Position numbers and translations under genes: made by a program. A model generated the notes under the pieces. That model ran no database searches. It was given only the letters and a program-made list of their open reading frames with translations, and was not told where the DNA came from. Below are positions 37,155 through 47,407 of a stretch of DNA of 64,000 nucleotides, one piece after another; the stretch's first letter is position 1, and each line of letters begins with the position of its first letter. This stretch comes from Candidatus Omnitrophota bacterium (lineage in GTDB: Bacteria; Omnitrophota; Gorgyraeia; Gygaellales; UBA12090), in assembly GCA_030674475.1 (NCBI GenBank), contig JAUSCZ010000041.1, positions 3,481 through 67,480 on the forward strand, in the 5' to 3' direction.

Positions 37155-40028
37155 CTATTTTCCACAACACTTCTTATATTTTTTTTCGCTTCCGCAAGGA
37201 CAAGGCTCATTGCGGCCCACATCAGGCTGAGGTATCAACGATGCTGGAGGCGCCGCGGGGACCCGGGAAACAGCTTCAGCCGGACGCTCAGCGCGCGAAG
37301 CAGTGTTTTCCTGAGGCCGGAATCTTTCCGCTTCGGGGTGAATAAATTCCTGATTAATTGAAGAAAATACGCCTTTTATCTCTTTTACTTCCTGGCGGAC
37401 CTGGAGCTTAAAAATGATATCCACCACATCGGCCTTAATGGAATTAACCATTTGGCTAAACATCTCATAAGCGCCACGTTGATATTCTACCAAAGGATCG
37501 CGCTGGCCATAAGCCCTCAAGCCTATTCCCTCGCGAAGATAATCCATCGCGTAAAGATGGTCCTTCCATTTGCTGTCAATAACCTGTAAACAGACCATTC
37601 GCTCTAAATGACGCAGGACATCACCTCCGGCCGACTCTTCCTTAGAAGAATAAATATCCAAAACTTTCTTTAAAATATCTTCAACTATCTCTTCATGGGC
37701 GCGCTCAAAGAAGCTTGCCTCAGGCTGTAAGGAAAAATTAATCTTCAGCCAACCGGAGAAACCCTCAACATCCCAGGCCTGAACCGGGGCATCTTGGGAA
37801 ATATACTGTACAGCCGCGGATTCAATAATTTCCCGGGCCATCTCCAGGATGTGTTCTTTTAAATTATCCGACTCCAAAACTACCCGGCGTTGGTGATAAA
37901 TGACCTCCCTCTGCTTATTCATCACATTATCGTATTCCAAAAGTTGCTTTCTTATCTCAAAGTTATGCTGCTCCACCCTCTTCTGAGCAATCTCAATGGA
38001 TCGGCTTACCCAGGGATGCTCAATAACCTGGCCCTCCTCCAGGCCCAGGCGGGTCATCATCCCCACCAACCGGTCTGAGCCGAACAAGCGCATCAAATCA
38101 TCCCCTAAGGAGACATAAAAACGCGATGAACCGGGGTCTCCCTGCCTGCCACAGCGGCCGCGTAGCTGATTATCAATACGCCTGGCCTCGTGGCGCTCGG
38201 TGCCGAGGACATGCAGGCCCCCTAATTCCACTACCTTATTATGTTCATCCTCTGTTTCTTTTTTATACCTGACCATAAGGTTTTGGTATTCGCTGAGATA
38301 ATTATCGTCTTGAGGATTAATGTCCTTTTGTTTTAATATGCTCTTAACAATAAAATCGGCATTGCCTCCCAGTAGTATATCGGTTCCCCGTCCGGCCATA
38401 TTGGTAGCAATGGTTACTGCCTTATATCTGCCGGCCTGAGAAACAATAGCCGCCTCCATCTCGTGGTATTTGGCATTAAGCACCTGATGCGGGACGCCCT
38501 TTCGCTTAAGCATATCTGAGAGAAGCTCAGACTTACGGATAGAAACCGTTCCCACCAGCACCGGACGGCCCTGCTTAGAACATTCGGCTATTTCTTCAAC
38601 CGCCGCGTCAAACTTTTCCTTCTCGGATTTATACACCCGGTCAGGGGAATTCTGACGAACCAGCGGACGGTTAGTCGGAATAGAAACGACATCTAAGGAA
38701 TAAATATCCTTAAATTCCGCTGCCTCAGTAAGCGCGGTTCCGGTCATACCGGATAATTTCTCATACATCCGAAAATAGTTCTGAAAGGTAACGGTGGCCA
38801 AGGTCTGATTTTCCCGTTCAATCTTTAAACCCTCATGGGCCTCCACCGCCTGATGCAGGCCGTCGGACCAGCGCCTTCCCGGCATAAGCCGGCCGGTAAA
38901 CTCATCCACGATAATTACCTGGCCGTCTTTGATCACGTAATCCACATCCCGTTTATAAAGGTTGTGCGCGCGTAAGGCCTGGGTCAGGTGATGGCGGTAT
39001 TCCATGGTCTCTATCTCATGAAGATTATCTATCCCCAACAGATTACAGGCATTAATCTCGCCCTCATCGGTTAAGGAAGCGGTGTGGGATTTCTCGTCAA
39101 TCATATAATCGTAGCCCTTGGTCAAATCCACCCCTTTATACTTGGCGTCAATCTCATCCTTTTCCAGGATGATTCTTCCCTTAAGCTTAGAGACAATTTT
39201 ATTTATGCTGTAATATTTTTCGGTGGATTCCTCGGCCGGGCCGGAAATAATCAAGGGGGTGCGGGCCTCATCAATCAGGATGGAATCCACTTCATCAACT
39301 ATGGAATAATAAAACGGCCTTTGGACCATTTCATCTTTGGAGACTACCATATTGTCGCGCAGATAATCAAAACCGAATTCATTGTTGGTGCCATAGGTGA
39401 TGTCGCGGGCGTAAGCCTGTCTTCTGGCGGCCGGCGGCATATCGTGCTGGATAACCCCGATACTCAAACCTAAAAATTCATAAATCGGCCCCATCCACTC
39501 TCTATCGCGCCGGGCTAAATAGTCATTAACCGTAATTATATGCACGCCTTCGCCCAAAAGCGCGTTCAGACAGGCCGGCAGGGTTGCCGCCAGGGTCTTT
39601 CCTTCGCCGGTAGACATCTCGGCAATCTTACCTTCGTGCAAGACTATCCCGCCGATAAGCTGAACATCAAAATGGCGCATATTCACCGCGCGTTTTGCCG
39701 CTTCCCGGACACAGGCAAAGGCCTCAGGCAAAATTTCCTCAAAAATACTATTGCGTAAACCCTTAAGCCTGAATTTAAGTTTGGCCTTTTCGGTATTGGA
39801 GGTAGCTTCCCGGATCTGCTCTTGTAGGCTTAGAAAATCTTCTTTCAGGGCTTTGGATTTCTCTAAGAGGATATTTCTAAATTCACCCGTCTTGGCCCGG
39901 ATTTGAGCGTCGGAAAGCTGTTGAATCTTAGGCTCCAAAGAATTAATCTTCTCCACTATGGGCCGGAGGCGCTTAAGCTCCCGGTCATTCTGAGAACCGA
40001 TTAGTTTTCTAGTAATAAATTTAATCAT
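37155..40028 (-). CDS. secA: Preprotein translocase ATPase SecA
   Basis: 957 aa. N-terminal [18 protein letters not shown]-like motor motifs, and the C-terminal [14 protein letters not shown] zinc-binding tail. Confidence 0.95.
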   Translation of the reverse strand: MIKFITRKLIGSQNDRELKRLRPIVEKINSLEPKIQQLSDAQIRAKTGEFRNILLEKSKALKEDFLSLQEQIREATSNTEKAKLKFRLKGLRNSIFEEILPEAFACVREAAKRAVNMRHFDVQLIGGIVLHEGKIAEMSTGEGKTLAATLPACLNALLGEGVHIITVNDYLARRDREWMGPIYEFLGLSIGVIQHDMPPAARRQAYARDITYGTNNEFGFDYLRDNMVVSKDEMVQRPFYYSIVDEVDSILIDEARTPLIISGPAEESTEKYYSINKIVSKLKGRIILEKDEIDAKYKGVDLTKGYDYMIDEKSHTASLTDEGEINACNLLGIDNLHEIETMEYRHHLTQALRAHNLYKRDVDYVIKDGQVIIVDEFTGRLMPGRRWSDGLHQAVEAHEGLKIERENQTLATVTFQNYFRMYEKLSGMTGTALTEAAEFKDIYSLDVVSIPTNRPLVRQNSPDRVYKSEKEKFDAAVEEIAECSKQGRPVLVGTVSIRKSELLSDMLKRKGVPHQVLNAKYHEMEAAIVSQAGRYKAVTIATNMAGRGTDILLGGNADFIVKSILKQKDINPQDDNYLSEYQNLMVRYKKETEDEHNKVVELGGLHVLGTERHEARRIDNQLRGRCGRQGDPGSSRFYVSLGDDLMRLFGSDRLVGMMTRLGLEEGQVIEHPWVSRSIEIAQKRVEQHNFEIRKQLLEYDNVMNKQREVIYHQRRVVLESDNLKEHILEMAREIIESAAVQYISQDAPVQAWDVEGFSGWLKINFSLQPEASFFERAHEEIVEDILKKVLDIYSSKEESAGGDVLRHLERMVCLQVIDSKWKDHLYAMDYLREGIGLRAYGQRDPLVEYQRGAYEMFSQMVNSIKADVVDIIFKLQVRQEVKEIKGVFSSINQEFIHPEAERFRPQENTASRAERPAEAVSRVPAAPPASLIPQPDVGRNEPCPCGSEKKYKKCCGK

Positions 40029-40095
40029 CTTATGCGTTAAAGCAGAGGCGGTTTCTGATTTACAGGTTTGCTATAAACTATCAACTATAAACGGA

Positions 40096-41197
40096 TTACT
40101 TTTTCACTTTCTGCATTTTTAAATAAGCTTCAATAAACTTATCCAACTCTCCGTCCATTACCGCGTTGACATTGCCGGTTTCATACTCCGTGCGGTGATC
40201 CTTGACCATGCTGTAAGGATGCATTACATAGGAACGGATCTGGCTTCCCCACTCAATCTTTTGCTTCTTGGCGTATTCGGACTGAATCTTTTCTTCCTGC
40301 TTACGGCGCTCCTCTTCATAAAGCTTGGCCTTTAAGATATTCATGGCCGTCTGTTTATTCTGATACTGCGAGCGCTCATTCTGGCACTGCGCCACAATGC
40401 CGCTGGGCAGATGGGTTATCCGGACCGCTGAATCCGTGGTATTAACCGATTGCCCTCCGGGACCGCTGGAACGATAGACATCAATCCTTAAATCCCTCTC
40501 CTCGATTTTAATGTCAATCTCGCCTTCAATCTGGGGAACAACATCCACCGAGGCAAAAGAAGTATGCCGACGCTTATTGGAATCAAAGGGAGAAATCCGC
40601 ACCAGCCGGTGCACACCTGCCTCAGCCTTTAAGTAGCCGTAGGCATAAGGGCCTTCAATCAACAAAGTTACATTTTTTATCCCGGCCTCTTCCCCGTGCA
40701 GAATATCCGCGACCTTGGTCTTATAGCCTTTGGATTCGGCAAAACGGCAATACATCCTGAACAGCATATCCGCCCAATCGCAAGACTCCGTTCCTCCGGC
40801 CCCGGCATTTATGGAAAGAATAGCGCTGTTGGCGTCAAACTCCTGACTCAGAAGAAGCTTAAACTCTAAAGAATCTATGTCTTTTACTACAAGATCTAAA
40901 TTCTTATTTAATTCCAGGATTAACTGGGAATCTCCGGCAGTGGATATTTCCCCAAGCTCTTTTATGTCTTTGAGTTTAGCCTCGGCATCCTTAAAAGGCT
41001 GGATTCGGGTTCTTAGATTTTTTAACTCCCCAATTACCTTAAGCGATTCTTGGGATTCCTGCCAGAAATCCTGGGCGGACATCCGGACATTAAGTTCGTT
41101 TATCCGGCTTTCAGTATGAGCCAGGTCAAAGATAACCTCTAAGCTCATCGAGCTTTTTTTCTAAAGCGGCTATCCTGGTTTTAATCTCATCAAGCAT
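40096..41197 (-). CDS. prfB: Peptide chain release factor 2, with programmed +1 ribosomal frameshift at CTT-TGA-C (in-frame UGA at 41126-41128)
   Basis: ORF0 ATG at 41195-41197 encodes MLDEIKTRIAALEKKLDELRGYL. It is then followed by UGA within AGAGGTTATCTTTGAC, where an SD-like GAGG lies 3 nt upstream of the CUU slip site. The +1 frame continues DLAHTESRINELN... with a GGQ-containing body to 40096. The MSLEV start in the ORF track is an artefact. Confidence 0.9.
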
Positions 41198-41210
41198 TCT
41201 ACGCCCTCAC

Positions 41211-42281
41211 TTATTTTTTGATTCCCTTGAGCATCAAATCCAGCTCGTCCTTGTTATCGCTGAAACGCATTGCCTCTTCAAGTGAAATCTTGTCTTCTTT
41301 AAAAAGTTTAGTTAAAGACTGGTTAAAGGTCTGCATCCCGAATATCCCACCCTCCTGCAGATAGCGCGGTATTTCCCAAACCTTACGCTCGCGGATAAGC
41401 CGGGAGATGGTGGGAGTTAAAACCATAGATTCATAAGCCGGGATACGCCCGGACTTTTCTTTATAAGGAACCAGCCTTAAAGAAATTACCCCTTTCAGGA
41501 GGCTAGAAAGCTGAATAGCCACCTGTTCATGCTGATAGGGAGGAAAAAAGTTGATTATCCGCTCAACAGTCTGGGCGGCATTAATAGTATGCAGGGTGCT
41601 TAAGACCAGAACCCCGGTCTCCGCCGCGGTCATCGCCGTGGCCATGGTTTCGTAATCGCGGATATTACCGATGTAAATGACATCCGGGCTCTGCAGGGCA
41701 AACGCCTTCAAGGCTATCTGATAGCTAAAGACATCCGGGCCTAATTCCCTTTGATTGATTACCGATTGCTTATCGCCAAAGGTAAATTCTATCGGCTCTT
41801 CAATAGTCAAAATGTGCTTTTTGTGGCGGGTATTTATATATTCAATCATCGAGGCAATAGTGGTGGATTTGCCTGAACCGGTTGAACCGGTGAGTAACAC
41901 CAGCCCCCTGGACTCGTTACAGAGTTTTTCTAAGGCATCTTTAGGCAGGCCCATCTCTTCAAAAGAGTTCACGGTACGGCTAATCTGGCGGACGACTATT
42001 GAGGGGGTATTACGTTGGGTGAATATGCTCACCCGAAAGCGCTGATCAATATCATCTAAAAACAGGCCGAAATCAACATCCAGATGCTCCTTAAACATCT
42101 GCCTTTGGTTTTCGGTGGTAATCGCCTCTACCGCGGAAATAGCATCCTCAACCCCCAATTCTTTATCCGATACGGAAACAATCCTACCGTCAATACGCAT
42201 GCGCACCGGCCCTCCGGCGCGGTAAAAAAGGTCCGAGGCGTTTTTCTCACCCATCATCTTCAAATATTCTTTAATATTCAT
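41211..42281 (-). CDS. pilT: Type IV pilus retraction ATPase PilT
   Basis: 356 aa. Walker A GSTGSGKST, Asp box, Walker B and His box in a PilT/PilU arrangement. Confidence 0.85.
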   Translation of the reverse strand: MNIKEYLKMMGEKNASDLFYRAGGPVRMRIDGRIVSVSDKELGVEDAISAVEAITTENQRQMFKEHLDVDFGLFLDDIDQRFRVSIFTQRNTPSIVVRQISRTVNSFEEMGLPKDALEKLCNESRGLVLLTGSTGSGKSTTIASMIEYINTRHKKHILTIEEPIEFTFGDKQSVINQRELGPDVFSYQIALKAFALQSPDVIYIGNIRDYETMATAMTAAETGVLVLSTLHTINAAQTVERIINFFPPYQHEQVAIQLSSLLKGVISLRLVPYKEKSGRIPAYESMVLTPTISRLIRERKVWEIPRYLQEGGIFGMQTFNQSLTKLFKEDKISLEEAMRFSDNKDELDLMLKGIKK

Positions 42282-42316
42282 TTTCCCTCACTCCGTTTAG
42301 CCGCGATAAAACAGTA

Positions 42317-42637
42317 TTATTCTATACTGATATCCCCTTTTAGGCAAAACATATTTTTCATCCCCTTCTCAAGCTCAAGCAACTGCTCCTTGGCCTTGCG
42401 GCCCCGCGAATACCCGCCGATATCTCCGTTAGATTTTACCACCCGATGACAAGGGATCACTAACGGATAAGGGTTATTCTTTAAAGCCGTCCCTACCGCC
42501 CTTACCGCCTGAGGCGAACCAATACGTCTGGCAACCCAGGAATAACTGCGCGTTGAGCCAAAAGGAATCTTGAGTGCCGCCTCCCACACCCGCAGCTGAA
42601 AAGCACTAAAACGAATACTATCCGCCTTTTTCTTCAT
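42317..42637 (-). CDS. ogt: Methylated-DNA-protein-cysteine methyltransferase (Ogt/MGMT DNA-binding domain only)
   Basis: 106 aa with the PCHRV active-site motif (VIPCHRVV). Confidence 0.8.
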   Translation of the reverse strand: MKKKADSIRFSAFQLRVWEAALKIPFGSTRSYSWVARRIGSPQAVRAVGTALKNNPYPLVIPCHRVVKSNGDIGGYSRGRKAKEQLLELEKGMKNMFCLKGDISIE

Positions 42638-43853
42638 TAAGAAATCTCTTTTTTCTCAATAAGCGGTGATACTTCAAAGCAAAGCGGTGAGACTCATCCC
42701 GGATACATTGAAGCAAGCGCAGAGCCGGGGAATTATTCTTCAGCCTTATCGGCCTGGGAGTAAAAAGGGTATATATCTCTTCTTCTCTTTTAGCTAAGCT
42801 TACAATGGGAATAATTAATCCCAAATCCTCTAATTCCTTTTTAGCCGCGCAAAGCTGGCCCCGGCCTCCGTCTACCAGGATTAAATCCGGCAAAGGCAAA
42901 TTCTCCTCCTTAAGCCGCGAGTACCGCCTATGCACGGCCTCAGCCATCATCTTATAATCATCGCTCTGCTTAACTGTCTTAATCCGGAAGCGGCGGTAAT
43001 TATCCTTATCAGCTAAACCATTATAAAAAGATACCATTGAAGCGGTGGCCTGTCTACCTAAAATATTAGAAACATCAAAAGCCTCTATTCTGCGCGGTAT
43101 AACCGGGAGCCTCAAAACTTCCCTTAACTCGCTAAGCGCTGACTCCGTGTTATACAAAGATGGCTTGAAGGTATTTAAAGCAATCATCTTATCCCGTAAC
43201 AGTGCCGCTTCTTCAAACTTCCGCTCTTTGGCTTTCTGCCGCATTTCCCGGGATAACTCCTTAGCCAACTCCTCGTTCTTGCCTTCCAGGATCAGGCTGA
43301 TTTGCTTTATGGTTTTGGCGTAATCGCTCTTACTGATTTTCCCGATACAAGGAGCAGGTGAAAGCTTTATACGATAATACATACAGGCTTTTTTGGGAAG
43401 CACCGGACAGGAACGGTAGGGAAAATCGCGGCGGATAATCTTTAACGCTTCTCTCAATAAGCCGGCGCTGATATAGGGGCCGAAATATTGAGCGCCGTCG
43501 TCCTCCCGTTTACGGGTAACATAAATCGCGGGAAATTCCTCATTGGTGATCTTGACTAAAGGAAAACTCTTATCATCCCGAAGCGAGACGTTATATTTCG
43601 GCTTATGCTCTTTGATAAGGCTTGCCTCTAATAAAAGCGCCATACTTTCGCTGGCTGTGGTCCTATATTCAATATCAACCACATTCATCATAAGGCGCAG
43701 GGTCTTTGCCGAAAGCCCGCGCGCCAGATAACTGCTCAGGCGTTTTCGAAGCGAAAGCGCTTTACCGATATAAATAATCCTGCAGGATGAGTCCTTCATT
43801 AAATACACACCCGGAGAATCCGGAAATAGGCTTATTTTTTCCTTAATATCCAT
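42618..43853 (-). CDS. uvrC: Excinuclease ABC subunit C-like protein (GIY-YIG + UvrC core, lacks C-terminal HhH2)
   Basis: True start MDIKEKISLFPDSPGVYLMKD...IIYIGKA (GIY-YIG) at 43851-43853. The ORF track extends it 45 codons into the duplicated junction repeat. The LILVDGGRGQL motif of the UvrC endonuclease domain is present. Confidence 0.75.
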   Translation of the reverse strand: MDIKEKISLFPDSPGVYLMKDSSCRIIYIGKALSLRKRLSSYLARGLSAKTLRLMMNVVDIEYRTTASESMALLLEASLIKEHKPKYNVSLRDDKSFPLVKITNEEFPAIYVTRKREDDGAQYFGPYISAGLLREALKIIRRDFPYRSCPVLPKKACMYYRIKLSPAPCIGKISKSDYAKTIKQISLILEGKNEELAKELSREMRQKAKERKFEEAALLRDKMIALNTFKPSLYNTESALSELREVLRLPVIPRRIEAFDVSNILGRQATASMVSFYNGLADKDNYRRFRIKTVKQSDDYKMMAEAVHRRYSRLKEENLPLPDLILVDGGRGQLCAAKKELEDLGLIIPIVSLAKREEEIYTLFTPRPIRLKNNSPALRLLQCIRDESHRFALKYHRLLRKKRFLNEEKGG

Positions 43854-43886
43854 TGCATGACCTTTTTGATTTATGATTTCGGGGGA
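43806..43886. repeat. Left junction repeat of the inserted island (about 85% identical to 51021..51092); contains the genuine uvrC start
   Basis: cacacccggagaatccggaaataggcttattttttccttaatatccattgcatgacctttttgatttatgatttcg aligned against cacgccggctgaatccggagaaaggcttattttttccttaatatccattgaatgacctttttgatttcg. Confidence 0.8.
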
Positions 43887-43983
43887 CACGATAGTTATTG
43901 AGCTTTGCATTTGTAATGGGAATGACAGAGGCTCCGGCTGCGTCGGAGATAAAGGAAAGATCGCTCCTATTAGTTTCGCAAAG

Positions 43984-44102
43984 CTCAATAATTATTGATT
44001 TTATTATTCGATCCCGAATTTATTTTCTTCAAAGGTATTCCTAATATGTTTTCCCATGCCTGGAAAGTAACCATCAAATTTCAAGACTTAACTCTTTTCT
44101 CC
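43984..44102. repeat. Island modular repeat, copy A (right two-thirds of the ~170-bp unit)
   Basis: aattattgattttattattcgatcccgaatttattttcttcaaa...gcctggaaagtaaccatcaaatttcaagacttaac. Shared with 48340..48472. The ORF-track entry 43995..44321 lies on it and is spurious. Confidence 0.8.
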
Positions 44103-44221
44103 CTATTATTATATATTTCGTTTTTTGTGTCTAACGATAAAGTTAAGCCGCCATTTTCCGCAGAGCAAAACGACGCGGGAAATGGCGGCTTCAACGCTTT
44201 GTTAGATGGTAATTTATTGTT

Positions 44222-44422
44222 TTATTCGATATCTATCTCTTTTTTTACGTCATTGAACGAAGTGGTAGGAATATCGGCTTCTTTTGATTTAGCGTCCCGC
44301 AGTGCTTTTAGAGCTTCGTAATCTTCAAGCTCTTCCTGAATTTGGACGAATTCCTCATAAGGCAATACGACGAATTCTTTTTTTCCATCTTTTTCTAAGA
44401 TTTTTGTATGTAACGATACCAT
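44222..44422 (-). CDS. Phd/YefM-type antitoxin
   Basis: 66 aa. KEFVVLPYEEFVQIQEELEDYEALKALRDAKS resembles YefM/Phd. Located 12 nt downstream of the RelE/ParE toxin gene. Confidence 0.6.
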   Translation of the reverse strand: MVSLHTKILEKDGKKEFVVLPYEEFVQIQEELEDYEALKALRDAKSKEADIPTTSFNDVKKEIDIE

Positions 44423-44433
44423 TTTCTTCCTCC

Positions 44434-44682
44434 TTATCGATATGCTTCTTTTCTATGCATAATACGGTAGATAATTATTTTATCCTTTTCTGTTTCAAAA
44501 AGAACCCTATAGTCACCTGCTCGCAGGCGATATTCGGGAGAATAATTAGTTAATTTTTTGACATCGCCTTGTAAATCATCGGATAAAACCTCAACTTTTG
44601 AAAATATCAATTGTAATGTTTTCTTATCGATCGATTTGCAGTCTTTTATAGCTTTGGGTTTAAACTCAACTTTATACTTCAT
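44434..44682 (-). CDS. RelE/ParE-family type II toxin
   Basis: 82 aa. YRLRAGDYRVLFETEKDKIIIYRIMHRKEAY is the characteristic C-terminal RelE/ParE motif. Confidence 0.7.
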   Translation of the reverse strand: MKYKVEFKPKAIKDCKSIDKKTLQLIFSKVEVLSDDLQGDVKKLTNYSPEYRLRAGDYRVLFETEKDKIIIYRIMHRKEAYR

Positions 44683-44866
44683 AAGATAATTATACCATAT
44701 TTTGGTGTAATTTCAGTATTTTCATCTAACGAAAAGCTCAGCGTTGCCAACCCCGGGCATTCGCTGGAGCGTCTTGTTAGGAATTTTTACTTTCTTCTAT
44801 TTCTTTTTCTAATCTCAGTTTTATGTCTCTCCTCTAAACCCGCGCCCGTGCTTACTGCCTCAAATA

Positions 44867-45274
44867 TTAGGGTTCGATGGGTACAATTCGCAGCATATCC
44901 TTCGTAAGCTCAGTCACTCTATATGACTCCGTTATATCACCTTTAATTATCTGAAGGATACTTTTGCGCGGATCAAATCTCCACTTTCCAGACTTGAAAT
45001 GGTGAGCATCGTCGGGAGACAAATAATACCATTCACAATCACCATTTTTGTAGAAGATATATTGCATTCTGAATCGGCTTCCCGGAAATTCTTTGAAATC
45101 TTTCGGGCGGTATATTGAGTCTTTATCAGCTTGCTGTTGTTCCTCGAACGAATGGACCCAGTGCTGATATAAGTACTCTGGCGTCTTGGGTTTTGGAGAG
45201 GCGGATGGTGGGCTGTCTTCTGCCAATAAATATGATCCGCCAATGAGCATCACGATAAGTAGCAATATTTTCAT
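44867..45274 (-). CDS. Hypothetical secreted protein
   Basis: 135 aa with a signal peptide (MKILLLIVMLIGGSYLLA). No family recognised. Confidence 0.4.
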   Translation of the reverse strand: MKILLLIVMLIGGSYLLAEDSPPSASPKPKTPEYLYQHWVHSFEEQQQADKDSIYRPKDFKEFPGSRFRMQYIFYKNGDCEWYYLSPDDAHHFKSGKWRFDPRKSILQIIKGDITESYRVTELTKDMLRIVPIEP

Positions 45275-45282
45275 ATTTTGAT

Positions 45283-45440
45283 TTCAGCCTAACGAAATGG
45301 CTAACCCGCCGGGGCATCCACCATCGCAAAAAACTTTAGGGGTCAAACCCGGACATTAGACATTATCTCATCTTTTCCTTAAAAATTACACAATAGTTAT
45401 TGATTTTATTATTCAATTCCGAATTTCTTTTCTTCAAAGC
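45283..45440. repeat. Island modular repeat, copy B (left two-thirds of the unit)
   Basis: ...ctttaggggtcaaacccggacattagacattatctcatcttttccttaaaaattacacaatagttattgattttattattcaattccgaatttcttttcttcaaa. The upstream part (tttcagcctaacgaaatggctaacccgccggggcat) recurs at 44713..44790. Confidence 0.8.
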
Positions 45441-45573
45441 TAAAAACTCTCGCGCTTTATCACTACACCATTGCCTTAACCCACCCGAATAATCATTAAT
45501 TGTCTTCTATTCATCATCCCGCGTATTGTTTTTCAGACCAACCATACATTGCTCAAATGTTTTGATTATGAAT

Positions 45574-46380
45574 TCAGGAGGGCGTAAGGCCTAAATTTTT
45601 TAGTTTACTTATTTCATTCTGATTATATACCCCACTTTTTTCAAGAAGAAATCCTATTGCCTGATGATAAGGATAAACAAAAGCTAACTTCTTTAAAGTT
45701 CTTATTAGATTTTCAATAGAAATCCCTTCTTTTGCTAGTTTATAACAATTTAATATTTCTAATATACCATTCGTATATGATGGCCGAACAACAATATCAA
45801 TTAATGTTCTTTCTAAATTTGTTACTAATACCTTATTTTGATTGAAATATGCTTCTATAACACCGCACATATTAGTATTTTGGCCATTCAATAAATAAAC
45901 CTTATATTCCTTAAAATTAGCTATGTTGGTTGTGACTCGCTGTGTTCTTGAAAATGCAAAATCAATTCTCCCTTGGGATAAGGAAGAGGAATAATTGGAC
46001 GCGGAACTTCTTCTTTGCTCAAAATTTACATAAATTTTGTCTGGTGGGTCATTAATTAACTTGTGAATATATAGCGCTGTTCGGTGTGTATAATATAGAT
46101 TTTTTATAAATGAGAGACAGTATACCCATACGGAAACATCTCCCCAGCTAAAAAGAGAATATTCACGGTTAGGGAATTTAATTGAGGTCTTCTTTAAGTC
46201 TGTACGTTTTAGTAATAATTCTAAAAACTTGAAAGCTGTCATGGTGTTAGGTAGGTCCCATTCCAATCTTTTATCTTCTAGAATGTTCACTATTTCGGTA
46301 AAGGTAAAGATTGATTTCTTGGCTTGTTTGAAATAGTTTTTAATTACATCAAGTTTTGTCTCAAATTTTGAAATTTTCAT
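45574..46380 (-). CDS. Uncharacterised 268-aa protein (possible Abi-like/HEPN-like defense component)
   Basis: No transmembrane or signal features. It contains an R-x5-H segment (HRTALYIH) compatible with, but not proving, a HEPN Rx4-6H motif. It stands alone between island repeat B and the hipB promoter region. Confidence 0.3.
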   Translation of the reverse strand: MKISKFETKLDVIKNYFKQAKKSIFTFTEIVNILEDKRLEWDLPNTMTAFKFLELLLKRTDLKKTSIKFPNREYSLFSWGDVSVWVYCLSFIKNLYYTHRTALYIHKLINDPPDKIYVNFEQRRSSASNYSSSLSQGRIDFAFSRTQRVTTNIANFKEYKVYLLNGQNTNMCGVIEAYFNQNKVLVTNLERTLIDIVVRPSYTNGILEILNCYKLAKEGISIENLIRTLKKLAFVYPYHQAIGFLLEKSGVYNQNEISKLKNLGLTPS

Positions 46381-46638
46381 TTTTTAGATAAGTTTTAAGT
46401 TAAAATTGAGCTTAACTCCTACCGGTATAGTATAAATACTATATCGGTAGAAAGTCAAGTATTTTCTCATTTTCTTCAGTTTAATTATACCCTTTAAGGT
46501 GTAATTATCAAATTTTTTAAATAAAACATTGGCTATTATGCCCTTTAAGGACTATTTGTTTATAATAAAACCCTATCAGGTATAAAAATTTAAAAAATAC
46601 TTGCAATTATACCCGAAAGGTGGTATATTCTTATCACC

Positions 46639-46890
46639 ATGGCCCACTTTCCAATTAATATACAGATTAAGAATCTACGAAAAAAGCTGGGTTTAACTCA
46701 AGTCGATTTCGCGAAAAGAGCAGGGGTAGGTTTGCGTTTCTTAAGAGAGCTGGAAGAAGGCAAGCCTACGGTGCGGTTAGATAAGCTTAATCAAGTTTTG
46801 GATTTCTTGGGTGTTCATCTGGAAATAGCGCGCAATGAAAATATAAAATCTGAATGGACAGATAACAACAAACTTGAAGCAGAATTATGA
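46639..46890 (+). CDS. hipB: HipB-like XRE-family HTH antitoxin/regulator
   Basis: 83 aa with an HTH (LRKKLGLTQVDFAKRAGVGLRFLRELEEGK). The stop overlaps the start of the next gene (ATGA). Confidence 0.7.
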   Translation: MAHFPINIQIKNLRKKLGLTQVDFAKRAGVGLRFLRELEEGKPTVRLDKLNQVLDFLGVHLEIARNENIKSEWTDNNKLEAEL

Positions 46891-47210
46891 AAGAACTTAG
46901 AAAAGGGCAGGTTTTTTTCAATAAGGACTTGGCCGGGGACATTAGCGAAACGAAAGACGGCTATCTTTTTGAATATGATAAAGATTTTTTAAAAAAAAAT
47001 ATACCTGTTTCTATGTCGTTACCTCCCAGAGAAGAGCCTTATGAATCTAAAGAATTATTTCCTTTTTTTAAAGGCCTTTTGCCTGAAGGCTGGTATTTAG
47101 ATATTGTTACCGCTACCCAAAAGGTTGATAGGGAAGACTTGTTTGGTATCCTTCTTTGCACTACGAGCGGTGATACCATTGGCGCGGTAACGGTTCGCAA
47201 GATAGAATGA
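46887..47210 (+). CDS. HipS-like protein (HipA N-terminal subdomain homolog)
   Basis: 107 aa. The YLFEYDKDF...PVSMSLPP... pattern matches the HipA N-terminal (Couple_hipA) region, here as a separate ORF in a HipB-HipS-HipT gene order. Confidence 0.6.
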   Translation: MKELRKGQVFFNKDLAGDISETKDGYLFEYDKDFLKKNIPVSMSLPPREEPYESKELFPFFKGLLPEGWYLDIVTATQKVDREDLFGILLCTTSGDTIGAVTVRKIE

Positions 47211-47242
47211 ACATCATTGCTGTCCAGGTTAGCCATTACAGC

Positions 47243-47345
47243 GTCATTCCCGCAATCTTTTAGCGGGAATCCACGACGAGAGTATTTTCTGGATACCCGC
47301 TTTTCCCGCATAGCGGGATCCCGTAAAGCGGGACGCGGGTATGAC
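47243..47345. mobile_element. MITE-like element (family P2, copy Y) inserted between hipS-like and hipT-like genes
   Basis: gtcattcccgcaatcttttagcgggaatcca...ggatacccgc[ttttcccgcatagcgggatcccgtaaagcgggac]gcgggtatgac. Same termini as 22304..22379, with a nested extra hairpin module. Confidence 0.65.
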
Positions 47346-47407
47346 AAATTCAATATCTCAAAATTCCGTTCCAGTCGACAAGTAATAACTAATTTGGACA
47401 CGAGTGA

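Noticed and set aside
40096-41148. ORF-track start MSLEVIFDLAHTE for prfB
   Set aside because: The N-terminus is produced by the frameshift. The true start is the ATG at 41197, in the 0 frame ahead of the CTT-TGA-C recoding site.
42618-43988. Extended 456-aa uvrC ORF beginning MSFAKLIGAIFP
   Set aside because: The first 45 codons read through the duplicated junction repeat. The conserved GIY-YIG N-terminus begins at MDIKEK (43853).
43995-44321. ORF 43995..44321 (MILLFDPEFIFF...) and its look-alike 48361..48591
   Set aside because: Both start on the conserved island repeat and share their N-terminal peptide only because of repeat identity. No coding signal. Artefacts of the repeat.
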